A stretch of DNA of 61,280 bases, filler included. It is 3 parts of 3 records of this genome, joined end to end, with 100 filler letters (N's around TTAATTAATTAA, not from the genome) between each part and the next. Parts side by side here need not be neighbours in the genome. Positions count along the whole stretch, not along the records: positions 1 to 27,596 come from SRR20825019_2374; 2 more parts are not named here. One strand, given 5' to 3'. Positions within the stretch are counted from its first letter, which is position 1. Each line of letters begins with the position of its first letter. The notes under the pieces were generated by a model. The model was not told where the DNA came from, did not search any database, and saw only the letters and a program-made list of their open reading frames with translations. Of this stretch, positions 1 through 9,902 are shown in pieces. The position numbers were made by a program, and so were the translations under genes.

Positions 1-2
1 AT

Positions 3-446
3 GATCTTGCCTTTAAAAATGCAGCTAGAAGTGTTCATTTAGAGACAATTAAATATTTAGTAATAAGAGATCCATTTTATGGATGGCCTGAAGGTAAAAA
101 TTTAACAAGTTTCAATTTCTATCGAAATATTGATATTAACTCTCTAAGTAAGATTTCAACTTTGTGTAAATACTTATTCTCAACCGAGAGGAACGCAGCC
201 AAAAATTGTGAAGACAATATCAGTATAATAGACTTACCGAATGATGTACTATATAAGATCTTACAAAATTTAGCCCAAGTAAATGATGACTATATTAACC
301 AGATAAAGATCGAATCAGTAGTTCAAGCATTTACATATGACAGTAATACTTATTCTGATGGCTTAGTAGGTTTTATTTACAGATATGAATCTGCTCTTAA
401 GGAATTAGGTGCAGAAGTTGAAACTAGTACAACTGACTTTGAGTAA
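3..446 (+). CDS. 3' part of an ankyrin-repeat protein with a conserved C-terminal domain containing an F-box-like motif; 5' end outside the window; paralog of 41843..44671
   Basis: Frame 3 is open from nt 3: DLAFKNAARSVHLETIKYLVIRDPFYGWPE...FYRNIDINSLSKISTLCKYLF...IIDLPNDVLYKILQNL...GFIYRYE. This is colinear with the C-terminus of 41843..44671. The TTG start at 162 in the ORF track is internal. Confidence 0.85.
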   Translation, partial: DLAFKNAARSVHLETIKYLVIRDPFYGWPEGKNLTSFNFYRNIDINSLSKISTLCKYLFSTERNAAKNCEDNISIIDLPNDVLYKILQNLAQVNDDYINQIKIESVVQAFTYDSNTYSDGLVGFIYRYESALKELGAEVETSTTDFE

Positions 447-682
447 ATATTAACTATATTTTTTAATAATACTTTTCAGATAGATTAAATTTTAAGGGTA
501 TATTTGAAAATTGACACATATGTTGTGTAATCTAAAACAATGCTGCTTAAAAGAAAAAGTTTTATTATAATATAGTTTGTTTTTAAATACTTTTTAGAAA
601 AATTGAGTATTAAATATCCATAAGTTATTAAGGTGTTTATTTGTTCTCCCAGAAAAATATTATTAATTATAATATTTACTTA

Positions 683-1468
683 TTATTTTTTATTTGAGTT
701 TAAACTAGATATCATTCCCATAAGAATAGAGATTTCATTTTTAGTTAAATTAGATTTAGTAAAAATATTCTTAATATTTCTCGTCATAATCTCTTTTTTT
801 TCTTTTACTATAAAAAAATTACTATTATCTAGTAATGTAAATAATTTATCATAAAAATTATTATGCATCTCTTTATTAGAAATATCTAAATCTCTATTTA
901 TATTATTTAAAATTTTTTTACTAACATTACTATTATTTGAATTAATATTATTATTTATATTATTAGTAATAATATTAAATATTTCATAACAAATTAAAGT
1001 AGCTGCATGAGCTATGTTTAAAGATGGGTATTTATCATTATTTTTAATTGTAATTATTTTATTTGCAAGAATTAAATCTTCATTACTTAAACCATTATTT
1101 TCTGGTCCAAACATATATCCAGCTTTTAAATTTAAATCACATATAACAGGGTTAGAATAATTATTGATTTCATTTAAATAGATTTGCTCTTTATTCATAT
1201 CTCTTTTTCTTGCTGAAATTGCATATAAAATATTTATATCTTTAATAGCATCATTAACATTTTTATAAATTTTGGCATTTTTAATTATATCTTGGGCTCT
1301 TGCAGCTGTTGATATTTCATTTTCTCTATTAAAATCAAATCTTGGATTAATTATTCTTAAATCATTAAAATTGAAATTTTTCATGATTCTTGCTGTAAAT
1401 CCTACATTTTCAATTAATTGTGGCCTTACTAATATAATGGCATGATTATTAAAAGAATTTTCTATCAT
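683..1468 (-). CDS. trmJ: SPOUT RNA methyltransferase, TrmJ/LasT family
   Basis: Motifs ILVRPQ..ENVG..ARIMKNF, FGPENNGLSNEDL and SLNIAHAATLICYE. Confidence 0.9.
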   Translation of the reverse strand: MIENSFNNHAIILVRPQLIENVGFTARIMKNFNFNDLRIINPRFDFNRENEISTAARAQDIIKNAKIYKNVNDAIKDINILYAISARKRDMNKEQIYLNEINNYSNPVICDLNLKAGYMFGPENNGLSNEDLILANKIITIKNNDKYPSLNIAHAATLICYEIFNIITNNINNNINSNNSNVSKKILNNINRDLDISNKEMHNNFYDKLFTLLDNSNFFIVKEKKEIMTRNIKNIFTKSNLTKNEISILMGMISSLNSNKK

Positions 1469-1480
1469 AAAAATAGCTAT

Positions 1481-3517
1481 TTAACCACTTACTATATAGT
1501 GATCTTTATCATTATTAAATAACTTAATAAGTAATTTAATATCTTTATTTTCTGTATCTATTTTATCAATATATTTATTAATAATATCATGAGCAGAAAT
1601 TAATTCATGTTGATTCTCAGGCAATGAAGAAAAAAAGAAATGCTGCATTCCTGACTGTCTTACTCCTGTTATATCACCCCCTCCCCTTAATATTAAATCT
1701 TCTTCAGCAATATAAAATCCATCTGAAGATTTTTTCATAACTTCTAGTCTTTTTTTTGAAATTTTTCCAAGCATATTACCATATAATAAAATACAATAAG
1801 ACTCTTTATCTCCTCTTCCAACTCTACCACGTAATTGATGAAGCTGAGCAAGCCCAAACATTTCAGCATCCTCAATAATTATTAAAGTAGCATCTTTTAC
1901 ATCTATTCCTACTTCAATTACAGTAGTTGATACAATAATATCTATATCTCCATATTTAAATTCATTCATTATCATGTCCTTATCTTTTGGTTTTAACTTA
2001 CCATGAATTATTCCTACTTTTCCTGGGTAAATTTTTTTAATTATTTCATATCTTGTCATTACATCTGTACCATTTTGTTTTTCTTGATTTTCTTCATCTT
2101 TTTCTATTAAAGTACAAACCCAATATATTTTTTCTTTATTATCAATTTTTTTCTTTAATGAATAAATTAAATCCTCTATTTTATTTTTACTCATTACTGT
2201 AGTTGTGATTGGTATTCTTCCTTTGGGTTTTCCAGCAAGTCTTGATACAGGCATATCACCGAATAATGTTAAAGTTAAGCTTCTAGGTATAGGTGTTGCT
2301 GTCATAACTAATATTTCAGCATTTACAGATTTATTAATTAATTGCATTCTTTGTTCAACTCCAAATCTATGTTGTTCATCAATAACAATGTAGCCAAGAT
2401 TATTAAATTCAACTCCATCTTGAAATATTGCATGAGTACCAATTATTAGTTGTAAATTTCCTTCCTTAAGCTTTTCATATATTTCTTTTTTAGAAGATTT
2501 TTTTATACTACCTGTTAATAAATCTAATTTAATGTCACTATTTTCTAAGGCCTTACTAAAAAAATCAAAATGCTGATTTGCAAGTATATCTGTTGGAGCC
2601 ATAATAGCTACCTGATAGCCGCTAGTAATTATTGATATCATAGTTAATAAAGCAACCAATGTTTTACCAGATCCTACATCACCTTGAAGCATTCTAATCA
2701 TCCTTTTATTTGATATAAAATCTTTTTCAATATCTTTAATTACTTCTTCTTGAAAGCTTGTTAATGTAAAACCTAATTTTTGTAATATTTCATTTTTACT
2801 ATTTATATCTATATTAATTTTTATATCTTTATTTTTGCTTGTTGATCTTCTTATACTGTTTAAATATAGCTGATTAGATATAAGTTCATCAAATGCTAGC
2901 CTTTTAATACTACTAGAATTATTTAAACCTTTAGGTATATGTATATTTTTAAGGGCTTCATAAAATGAAATATTACTATTTATATCAAAATAATTTAGCC
3001 ATTCTGGTATTTGTTTTAATTTATTAATAATTGCAACTATATATGAATGAAGCTGTTTATTGGTTATAGCATAAGTAAGAGGATATATAGGTTCTATTTG
3101 ATGATAATCCTTATTTAATATAAATTCTGGATGAGTAATAGTATTTTTTCCTAGAAATTTTGATATTTTTCCTTCTACTTTTATTTTACTTCCTGATTTA
3201 ATAAAATTTTTAATAAATTCTGGAATTTTACTAAAAAAAATTAACTCAACTTCTCCAGTATCATTATATGCATATATTTTACTATTTTTTTTATAACGAG
3301 ATTGATATTCTACATAATCAATTGTTAAATCTGTTATAATATGTTCTTTATCAAATACTAATGATAAATTAGGATTTATATTTTTTGAAATATATTTTAT
3401 AGGATTATAAAATAATAAGTCTCTAATATTATATATATTTAATCTATGTAATGCTTTTAATGTATGATCTTTAAGATTAATCTCTCTTTCAATTTTAGTA
3501 AAAAAAAAATCTAACAT
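1481..3517 (-). CDS. recG: ATP-dependent DNA helicase RecG
   Basis: RMLQGDVGSGKT, DEQHRFGVEQR, MTATPIPRSL, QLHQLRGRVGRG. Confidence 0.97.
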   Translation of the reverse strand: MLDFFFTKIEREINLKDHTLKALHRLNIYNIRDLLFYNPIKYISKNINPNLSLVFDKEHIITDLTIDYVEYQSRYKKNSKIYAYNDTGEVELIFFSKIPEFIKNFIKSGSKIKVEGKISKFLGKNTITHPEFILNKDYHQIEPIYPLTYAITNKQLHSYIVAIINKLKQIPEWLNYFDINSNISFYEALKNIHIPKGLNNSSSIKRLAFDELISNQLYLNSIRRSTSKNKDIKINIDINSKNEILQKLGFTLTSFQEEVIKDIEKDFISNKRMIRMLQGDVGSGKTLVALLTMISIITSGYQVAIMAPTDILANQHFDFFSKALENSDIKLDLLTGSIKKSSKKEIYEKLKEGNLQLIIGTHAIFQDGVEFNNLGYIVIDEQHRFGVEQRMQLINKSVNAEILVMTATPIPRSLTLTLFGDMPVSRLAGKPKGRIPITTTVMSKNKIEDLIYSLKKKIDNKEKIYWVCTLIEKDEENQEKQNGTDVMTRYEIIKKIYPGKVGIIHGKLKPKDKDMIMNEFKYGDIDIIVSTTVIEVGIDVKDATLIIIEDAEMFGLAQLHQLRGRVGRGDKESYCILLYGNMLGKISKKRLEVMKKSSDGFYIAEEDLILRGGGDITGVRQSGMQHFFFSSLPENQHELISAHDIINKYIDKIDTENKDIKLLIKLFNNDKDHYIVSG

Positions 3518-4336
3518 TTAATCAAATATGACCCCTATTATTGAATAATATGTATGTTTTATACCAATATCAAACTCAGTATAATCTTTATAAATCTTTG
3601 AAAGCTTATTATATTTACTAATTAAATTTTGAGTAGAATAATTTTTGAATTGATTAATTTTATCTAATTCTGAATTATTGACTAAATTAACTTCATATGC
3701 TTTATGTTTAATAACTTTAATTATAAATTCAAGGCAAAATATAATATATGATTTTAAATTATAATTATTATTTTTATCTTCAATAATTTTTAAAAAATCT
3801 TCATGTTTTTTTAAGTTATCTTTATTTATAGGAAGTAAATTTTCAAGATATTTATCGTATATTTTTTCAATACCCGCTTGATTAATACTATTATTTTGCC
3901 TTACATCTAAAATAAAACATCTTGATTTAATAGTCTCTAATAAATCAACTAAATTATCAACTAAAAGAAAGATATGACTTGATATATTATCTTCAAGTAT
4001 TTTTAAACAAGCATTTGATGAATTTAAATTCATTAAATTTGCATATTTAATAACGCAGACCTTACAATCTGATAGTGTAGAAGTAGTAGATAAAAATTTA
4101 TTTAAAGATCTAATTTGATCAATTTTTATTTCATTTTTAGTACTTGCTTCTGAAGGAGAAATAACCATATAATCTGTATTATTATTTATTTCTAAATTTA
4201 TATTAGAAAATAATGATTTACTTAAAAATTTTTCAAGCAAAATTTGGTCACTTTCAATATCACTAGAAACTATAATCCAGCTATGAGCAAATTTTTTTGC
4301 ATTATAATATTTAAAAAGATTATCGTATAAACTCAT
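3518..4336 (-). CDS. holB: DNA polymerase III subunit delta' (divergent)
   Basis: AHSW, IKIDQIR, MNLNSSNACLKILED and LLETIKSRC (SRC motif); P-loop and Zn module absent. Confidence 0.8.
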   Translation of the reverse strand: MSLYDNLFKYYNAKKFAHSWIIVSSDIESDQILLEKFLSKSLFSNINLEINNNTDYMVISPSEASTKNEIKIDQIRSLNKFLSTTSTLSDCKVCVIKYANLMNLNSSNACLKILEDNISSHIFLLVDNLVDLLETIKSRCFILDVRQNNSINQAGIEKIYDKYLENLLPINKDNLKKHEDFLKIIEDKNNNYNLKSYIIFCLEFIIKVIKHKAYEVNLVNNSELDKINQFKNYSTQNLISKYNKLSKIYKDYTEFDIGIKHTYYSIIGVIFD

Positions 4337-5747
4337 TAAATCTTCCTATTCTGTTAATTATTTCTTCTTTACCTATAATTTCAATTAGCTTAAAAATTCC
4401 AGGACCACCTAATTTACCTGTAATAATAATTCTTGCAAGCTTCATAATTTTTCCAAGAGCTAGTTTATTTTTTATTGAAAACTCCTCTATTTGATTTTTT
4501 ATGTAACTTTCTTCTTTATAATCCATATTTGATAGTAATTTACACAAAGAATTGATTATTTCAGAATCATATTTATCTATTAACATTTTTAAATCTTCAT
4601 TATAATTCTGTTTATAATCTTTAAAAAATATCCTAGACATATCTACTATATCTAAATAACTATTAGATCTATTCTTTAATAATTCTATTACTTCTAATAT
4701 TTTTTCCTTTATAATTTTATTGTTACTATTTGCTTTATTTTTTTTATCTTCAGTATTAAATAAATATGAAAAATCTTCTTTAATATAATCATATATTTCT
4801 TCATTATTCATATTTTTTAAATAATTAGAATTAATAGAATTAAGTTTTTGAATGTCAAACCTGGATGGAGATTTTCTAATATTACTAACTTTGAAATTTC
4901 TTTTTATTTCAGAAATATCTGATACCTCATTACTATTGCTGTATCCAAGCATTAATAAATATTCTTCTATAGCTTCTTTGAAATATCCCATTTTTTTATA
5001 TTCTATTATCCCCGTAGCATGATGTCTTTTTGATAATTTAGTACCATCAATTGAATGAATTAAAGGTATATGGCCCATTAATGGAACCTTAAAATCACAT
5101 GCTTTAAATAAATTTATTTGCCTAAAACTATTAGTGATATGATCATCTCCTCTTAATATATGAGTTATATTCATATCATGATCATCTACAACTACTGCAA
5201 GTAAATATGTTGGTAAACCATTACTCCTTACTAATACAGTATCTTCTATAGTATTATTTAAAATATTAATATCTCCTGCAACTAAATCATTTAAGATAGT
5301 TTGAGATTTTTCTTGTATTTTAAGTCTGATTACATAATTTTCTTGAGTAGGTTTTAGTGATTTATCGTCTCTATAAGGACTTCTAAAAACAAATTGCTTT
5401 TTATTATTTTTTGCAAGTTCTCTTTGATGAGATATTTCATCTTCACTAATATAGCAATAATATGCATGACCAGACTTTATTAATTGACTTACTATCTCTA
5501 AATGTCTTTCTTTTCTTTTTGATTGATAAACTATTTCTCCATCCCAATCTAAACCCATCCATTTAAGGCCATCGATAACTTTATTAAGTGAAGCTGAAGA
5601 TATTCTATTTTGATCGGTATCTTCAACTCTAAGTAAAAATTTTCCTCCATTTGATTTTGTAAATAAATAGTTAAATAAAGCTGTTCTTAAAGAGCCAATA
5701 TGTAAATCACCTGAAGGAGAAGGCGCAAATCTTGTAATAACTTCCAT
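4320..5747 (-). CDS. gltX: Glutamate--tRNA ligase
   Basis: TRFAPSPSGDLHIG, LRVEDTD, ITHILRGDDH, KLSKRH. Confidence 0.97.
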   Translation of the reverse strand: MEVITRFAPSPSGDLHIGSLRTALFNYLFTKSNGGKFLLRVEDTDQNRISSASLNKVIDGLKWMGLDWDGEIVYQSKRKERHLEIVSQLIKSGHAYYCYISEDEISHQRELAKNNKKQFVFRSPYRDDKSLKPTQENYVIRLKIQEKSQTILNDLVAGDINILNNTIEDTVLVRSNGLPTYLLAVVVDDHDMNITHILRGDDHITNSFRQINLFKACDFKVPLMGHIPLIHSIDGTKLSKRHHATGIIEYKKMGYFKEAIEEYLLMLGYSNSNEVSDISEIKRNFKVSNIRKSPSRFDIQKLNSINSNYLKNMNNEEIYDYIKEDFSYLFNTEDKKNKANSNNKIIKEKILEVIELLKNRSNSYLDIVDMSRIFFKDYKQNYNEDLKMLIDKYDSEIINSLCKLLSNMDYKEESYIKNQIEEFSIKNKLALGKIMKLARIIITGKLGGPGIFKLIEIIGKEEIINRIGRFNEFIR

Positions 5748-5749
5748 AA

Positions 5750-5965
5750 TTATAAAAATTCAAAATAATTTCCTAGAATATACCATATAAAACTAATAAA
5801 CAAAGATATTAGAAAAGTAATAGTAATTTTAATTTCTATATTATGATTTTTGATAGAACTACTAGAATGACCTTTAATTTTTATTTCATTCTCTTTAACT
5901 CCAATAGGAAGAGCAATAAAAATTAATATCATCCAAGATATTACAAATACAATAACAATATTCAT
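5750..5965 (-). CDS. Small two-TM membrane protein (DUF1467-like)
   Basis: Hydrophobic helix W...LFIALPIG, a loop with GH.SS, then a second TM helix; resembles alphaproteobacterial DUF1467. Confidence 0.6.
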   Translation of the reverse strand: MNIVIVFVISWMILIFIALPIGVKENEIKIKGHSSSSIKNHNIEIKITITFLISLFISFIWYILGNYFEFL

Positions 5966-6017
5966 TTTATAAACATTTTAATTTAAAAATTTAATTACTA
6001 GAAGAAATAATATTTAT

Positions 6018-7574
6018 TTAGTCTAAATATAAATATTTAAAAGTAATACCTATTTTAGTTCCTCTACCTTTTTTACTATCAAATTTAAACTTACCACCCA
6101 TAAGTTCAATTAATTTTTTTGTTAAAGGAAGCCCTAGTCCTGTTCCTTCAAATTCTCTGCTAATAGCACTATCAATTTGTCCAAAGGCTGATAAAGCTTT
6201 TGGAATATCTTGCTCATCAATTCCAATTCCTTGATCTTTTACTATAATTTCGACAAGTTTATTATTTAGATCAAGCTTGTAAGTAAGTGTAACTTTTCTG
6301 CCTTTTTTGGTAAATTTTACAGCATTAGATAGTAAATTTAACAAAGCTTGTTTAAGCCTTTTTTGATCTGCTGATATAATTACATGTCTTCCTGAAAATT
6401 TTTCTTCAAGAATTACACCAGCCTTATCTGCTCTTGGTTTGACAAATCTTAAACTTGATCTTACAATTTTATTTAAATCTACCTCAACATTTTCTACTTT
6501 TAATTTATCTGAAGCTGCTTTAGAGAAATCTAATATATCGTTAATAATACTTAAAAGATGCTTACCAGAATTATTAATATCTTCAATATATTCATTTTCT
6601 GTATTATATGTTAAATTACTTCCATCTCTATTTAATAATATCTCAGAAAATCCTATTATAGCATTTAATGGAGTTCTTAGTTCATGACTAACATTAGCAA
6701 GGAAATCAGTTTTAGATCTACTTTCAAGTTCTGCTCTTATAATAGCATCTTCAAGATCCTTATTCATTTGCTGTTGTCTATTTATCATTTTTTGAGCATG
6801 ATGAGTATTATAAATAATTATTGAGAAAAATATTGTAAATAATAAAAGAGATATAATTAATGCCTTTGAAGTTATATATTTAATATCCCTCCATTGAACA
6901 GTTAAATCTCTAGTTATTTCAATAACACCCTCAACATTATAGTTATTTGCCCCTGTTATAGGAAAATATGTGCTTACTATACAAGAAATAGACCGATTTT
7001 TTTTGTCTTTTGCAATTGATAAGTTAAATGCATCTTTTTCATCATTTATAATAGGTTCACCATCAGAATTTAATATAATAACTCCAGACTGTATAACATT
7101 TTCATTTTGACCTCTATAAGCTAGCGAAAGACCATCTTCATCAATTAAATTACCTAAAAAATATTTATCTATTTTATTTAAAAAATCTTCAAAATATGAA
7201 TAATATTTACTATATTTTGGCTTTTCAAATGAAATATCTGAATTTGTTAAAAATTGTACTCCTGATTTATCATAAATACTTACTTTTAAAACAGGAAAAC
7301 TTGTAAAAAATTTTAAAGAACTTCTAATAAAATTTAAAAAATCAGTTTCATATAATAAATCTTCAAATTTATTATTTTGTAATTTTAAAACTGCAGTAGA
7401 ATTTTTTCTCCAAACTTCTTTCTTGTACATTTCAACAATAAAGTTTGTCTGCTGCTCAACTTGATGAGTTAAGGTATGCTTTATCATAAAATACCTAAAC
7501 TGAATAATATTACCAATTACAACTAGAAGTAATGCTATAAATAGTAATCTTACTACATATTTACTTTGAAACAT
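6018..7574 (-). CDS. Membrane sensor histidine kinase, PleC/DivJ-like
   Basis: Two TM segments, H-box FLANVSHELRTPLNAIIGFSE, NLLSNAVKFT, DQGIG, GTGLGLPL. Confidence 0.9.
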   Translation of the reverse strand: MFQSKYVVRLLFIALLLVVIGNIIQFRYFMIKHTLTHQVEQQTNFIVEMYKKEVWRKNSTAVLKLQNNKFEDLLYETDFLNFIRSSLKFFTSFPVLKVSIYDKSGVQFLTNSDISFEKPKYSKYYSYFEDFLNKIDKYFLGNLIDEDGLSLAYRGQNENVIQSGVIILNSDGEPIINDEKDAFNLSIAKDKKNRSISCIVSTYFPITGANNYNVEGVIEITRDLTVQWRDIKYITSKALIISLLLFTIFFSIIIYNTHHAQKMINRQQQMNKDLEDAIIRAELESRSKTDFLANVSHELRTPLNAIIGFSEILLNRDGSNLTYNTENEYIEDINNSGKHLLSIINDILDFSKAASDKLKVENVEVDLNKIVRSSLRFVKPRADKAGVILEEKFSGRHVIISADQKRLKQALLNLLSNAVKFTKKGRKVTLTYKLDLNNKLVEIIVKDQGIGIDEQDIPKALSAFGQIDSAISREFEGTGLGLPLTKKLIELMGGKFKFDSKKGRGTKIGITFKYLYLD

Positions 7575-7681
7575 ATTAATATAACAATTAATCTATTGTT
7601 AAGCTCTTTAATAAAACCAATAAATAGTTATAAATAACCAATTTGTAAAATATACTATATAATATTAATTGTATAGGTTAA

Positions 7682-9874
7682 CTACTTATAAACATCAAAT
7701 ATACTTAATATATATGAATATTCTGATGCAATTTCTTTAAGATAATCAAACCTTCCCGTTAAACCAGAATGGCCAGAATCCATGTTTGTTTTTAATAAAA
7801 TAAGATTATCATCAGTTTTTAACTCTCTTATTTTTGCAACCCATTTAGCAGCCTCCCAATATCCTACCCTTGGGTCAGAGATACCAGCTGTCACATACAT
7901 GTTAGGATATCTTTGTGAATGTACATTATTATAAGGACAATAAGATGATATATAATCAAAATATTCTTGATCTTTAGGGTTTCCCCATTCTTTATATTCT
8001 CCTGGTGTAAGAGGTAAAGTTTCATCAAGCATTGTATTTAAAACATCAACAAATGGAACATGCGCAATAGCTAGTTTAAATAAATCGCTTGCATTATTAA
8101 TAACATTTCCAACAAGCATTCCTCCAGCGCTGCCGCCAGAAGCTACTATATTTCCTTTTTTAGTGTAATTATTATCAATTAAATATTTAGCTGAATTAAT
8201 ATAATCTATAAATGTTCTTTTTTTATTTAAATATTTTGCAGATTCATACCACTTGAAACCTAAATCATCCCCTCCCCTTATATGAGCTATTGCAAAAATA
8301 AATCCTCTATCTAAAAGAGAAATGATACTAGTTCTAAATGAAGGATCCATACCAATACCATAACTTCCATATCCATATAAATATAAAGGTGAAGTACCAT
8401 CTTTTTTAAACAAGGATTTTTTATAAATTATACTTATTGGAACTAAAACATCTTCGCTTTTTGCATATAATCTTTCAGATTCATAATCAGATGGATTAAA
8501 CCCAGTTGGAATTTCTTGAGTTTTTAATATCTTGGTTTTGTTATTTTTATATGAATATTCATAAATTGTAGATGGTCTTTTAAGAGATGAATAAGAAATT
8601 CTTATATCATCTTCTATGTAGTTGGTAGAATATGCATGAGCAGATCTTGATTTTTCATCAAAACTTACTTCTTTATGTTTCATATTATTTAAATCATAAA
8701 TTCTATTATAATCTACTCCATAATCTTGATAATTTACAATTAAATAATTTAGAGTTAAGTCAAAATCCTGAATATATAATTTACCGCCTTTTATAATTTC
8801 TTGCCAATTATCTTTACTTTCAAGTAAAGTATAATCTTTATCTTTAACTCTATATAATGTAAAATTTCTTTCTTTATGATTACTTCTTATATAAAAATAG
8901 TCTTTACCATGATCTACTTCATACTCTATTTTTTCTATCCTTTCTGATATTAGATTTAACTTCATACTATGATCTTTCATATTAATAAAATATGATTTAG
9001 AGCTTTCATGACCAGAACTTGTAATAAAAATATATTCTTTACTACTTGATTTAGAAACTGAAGCTAAAAACTTAGTATCCTTTTCATGAAAAATTAATTT
9101 ATCATTTTTATTGTATAGTTCATGATACATTACTTTATCATGCCTCCATTCTTTAGTTGTTGGAGTAAAAAAAAAGCCATTTAATTCTTCATGCCATATA
9201 ACCCCTCCTATTACATTATCTATTTTATCTAAAATTATTCTACCATGTTCATCATAAGAAATATCAATATCCTTAACATTTAAATCATTATTCTCTTCTT
9301 TTAGCTTTACTACTCTAATTTGATATCTTTCATTTCCTTCAAAATCTACTGAATAAGCAAGTAATTTTTGATCAGGTGATACTGATATAGCTCCAATTTT
9401 TGTATATTTTTTATTCTCTGCTAACTTATTAACATCAAGAATCACTTCTTCTTTAGATTCTTTTAATATTTTTTTTCTATAATATATAGGATAATTTTTA
9501 TCTTCAAAAGTCTTAGTAAAATAGTAATAATTATCCTTTTTAGTATAAGTTGAAATATCTGTAAGCTTTATTCTACCTTTTAATTCTTCAAAAATTTTAT
9601 TGGTTAAATTGTTATGCTTTTTGAGATAATCGTTAGCATAGTTATTTTCTTCATTTAGATATTTAATTATTTCTTTATTATTTACTTTTGGCCAATTTTT
9701 ATCCCTTAGCCAATTATAATCATCTTTTATAATATTCTTTCCAGATTTATAGCTATAAACTTGTTTTTTTGCTTTTGGAATAATATTTGTATTAATATCA
9801 GATTTAGAAACTGTCATGAAAGAGCCTTTAGTAATGATTGAATATATTATAATAATTAAATATAGAAATTTCAT
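7682..9874 (-). CDS. ptrB: Oligopeptidase B (protease II, S9A)
   Basis: DDYNWLRD, YGYGSYG, GGSAGG nucleophile, DPRVGYWE, GHSG. Confidence 0.95.
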   Translation of the reverse strand: MKFLYLIIIIYSIITKGSFMTVSKSDINTNIIPKAKKQVYSYKSGKNIIKDDYNWLRDKNWPKVNNKEIIKYLNEENNYANDYLKKHNNLTNKIFEELKGRIKLTDISTYTKKDNYYYFTKTFEDKNYPIYYRKKILKESKEEVILDVNKLAENKKYTKIGAISVSPDQKLLAYSVDFEGNERYQIRVVKLKEENNDLNVKDIDISYDEHGRIILDKIDNVIGGVIWHEELNGFFFTPTTKEWRHDKVMYHELYNKNDKLIFHEKDTKFLASVSKSSSKEYIFITSSGHESSKSYFINMKDHSMKLNLISERIEKIEYEVDHGKDYFYIRSNHKERNFTLYRVKDKDYTLLESKDNWQEIIKGGKLYIQDFDLTLNYLIVNYQDYGVDYNRIYDLNNMKHKEVSFDEKSRSAHAYSTNYIEDDIRISYSSLKRPSTIYEYSYKNNKTKILKTQEIPTGFNPSDYESERLYAKSEDVLVPISIIYKKSLFKKDGTSPLYLYGYGSYGIGMDPSFRTSIISLLDRGFIFAIAHIRGGDDLGFKWYESAKYLNKKRTFIDYINSAKYLIDNNYTKKGNIVASGGSAGGMLVGNVINNASDLFKLAIAHVPFVDVLNTMLDETLPLTPGEYKEWGNPKDQEYFDYISSYCPYNNVHSQRYPNMYVTAGISDPRVGYWEAAKWVAKIRELKTDDNLILLKTNMDSGHSGLTGRFDYLKEIASEYSYILSIFDVYK

Positions 9875-9902
9875 TTAATAATTATTTTATAAAATAATCA
9901 CT

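Noticed and set aside
7588-7602. CtrA-box-like TTAA-N7-TTAA upstream of the histidine kinase
   Set aside because: Biologically plausible, but such matches arise often by chance in DNA this AT-rich
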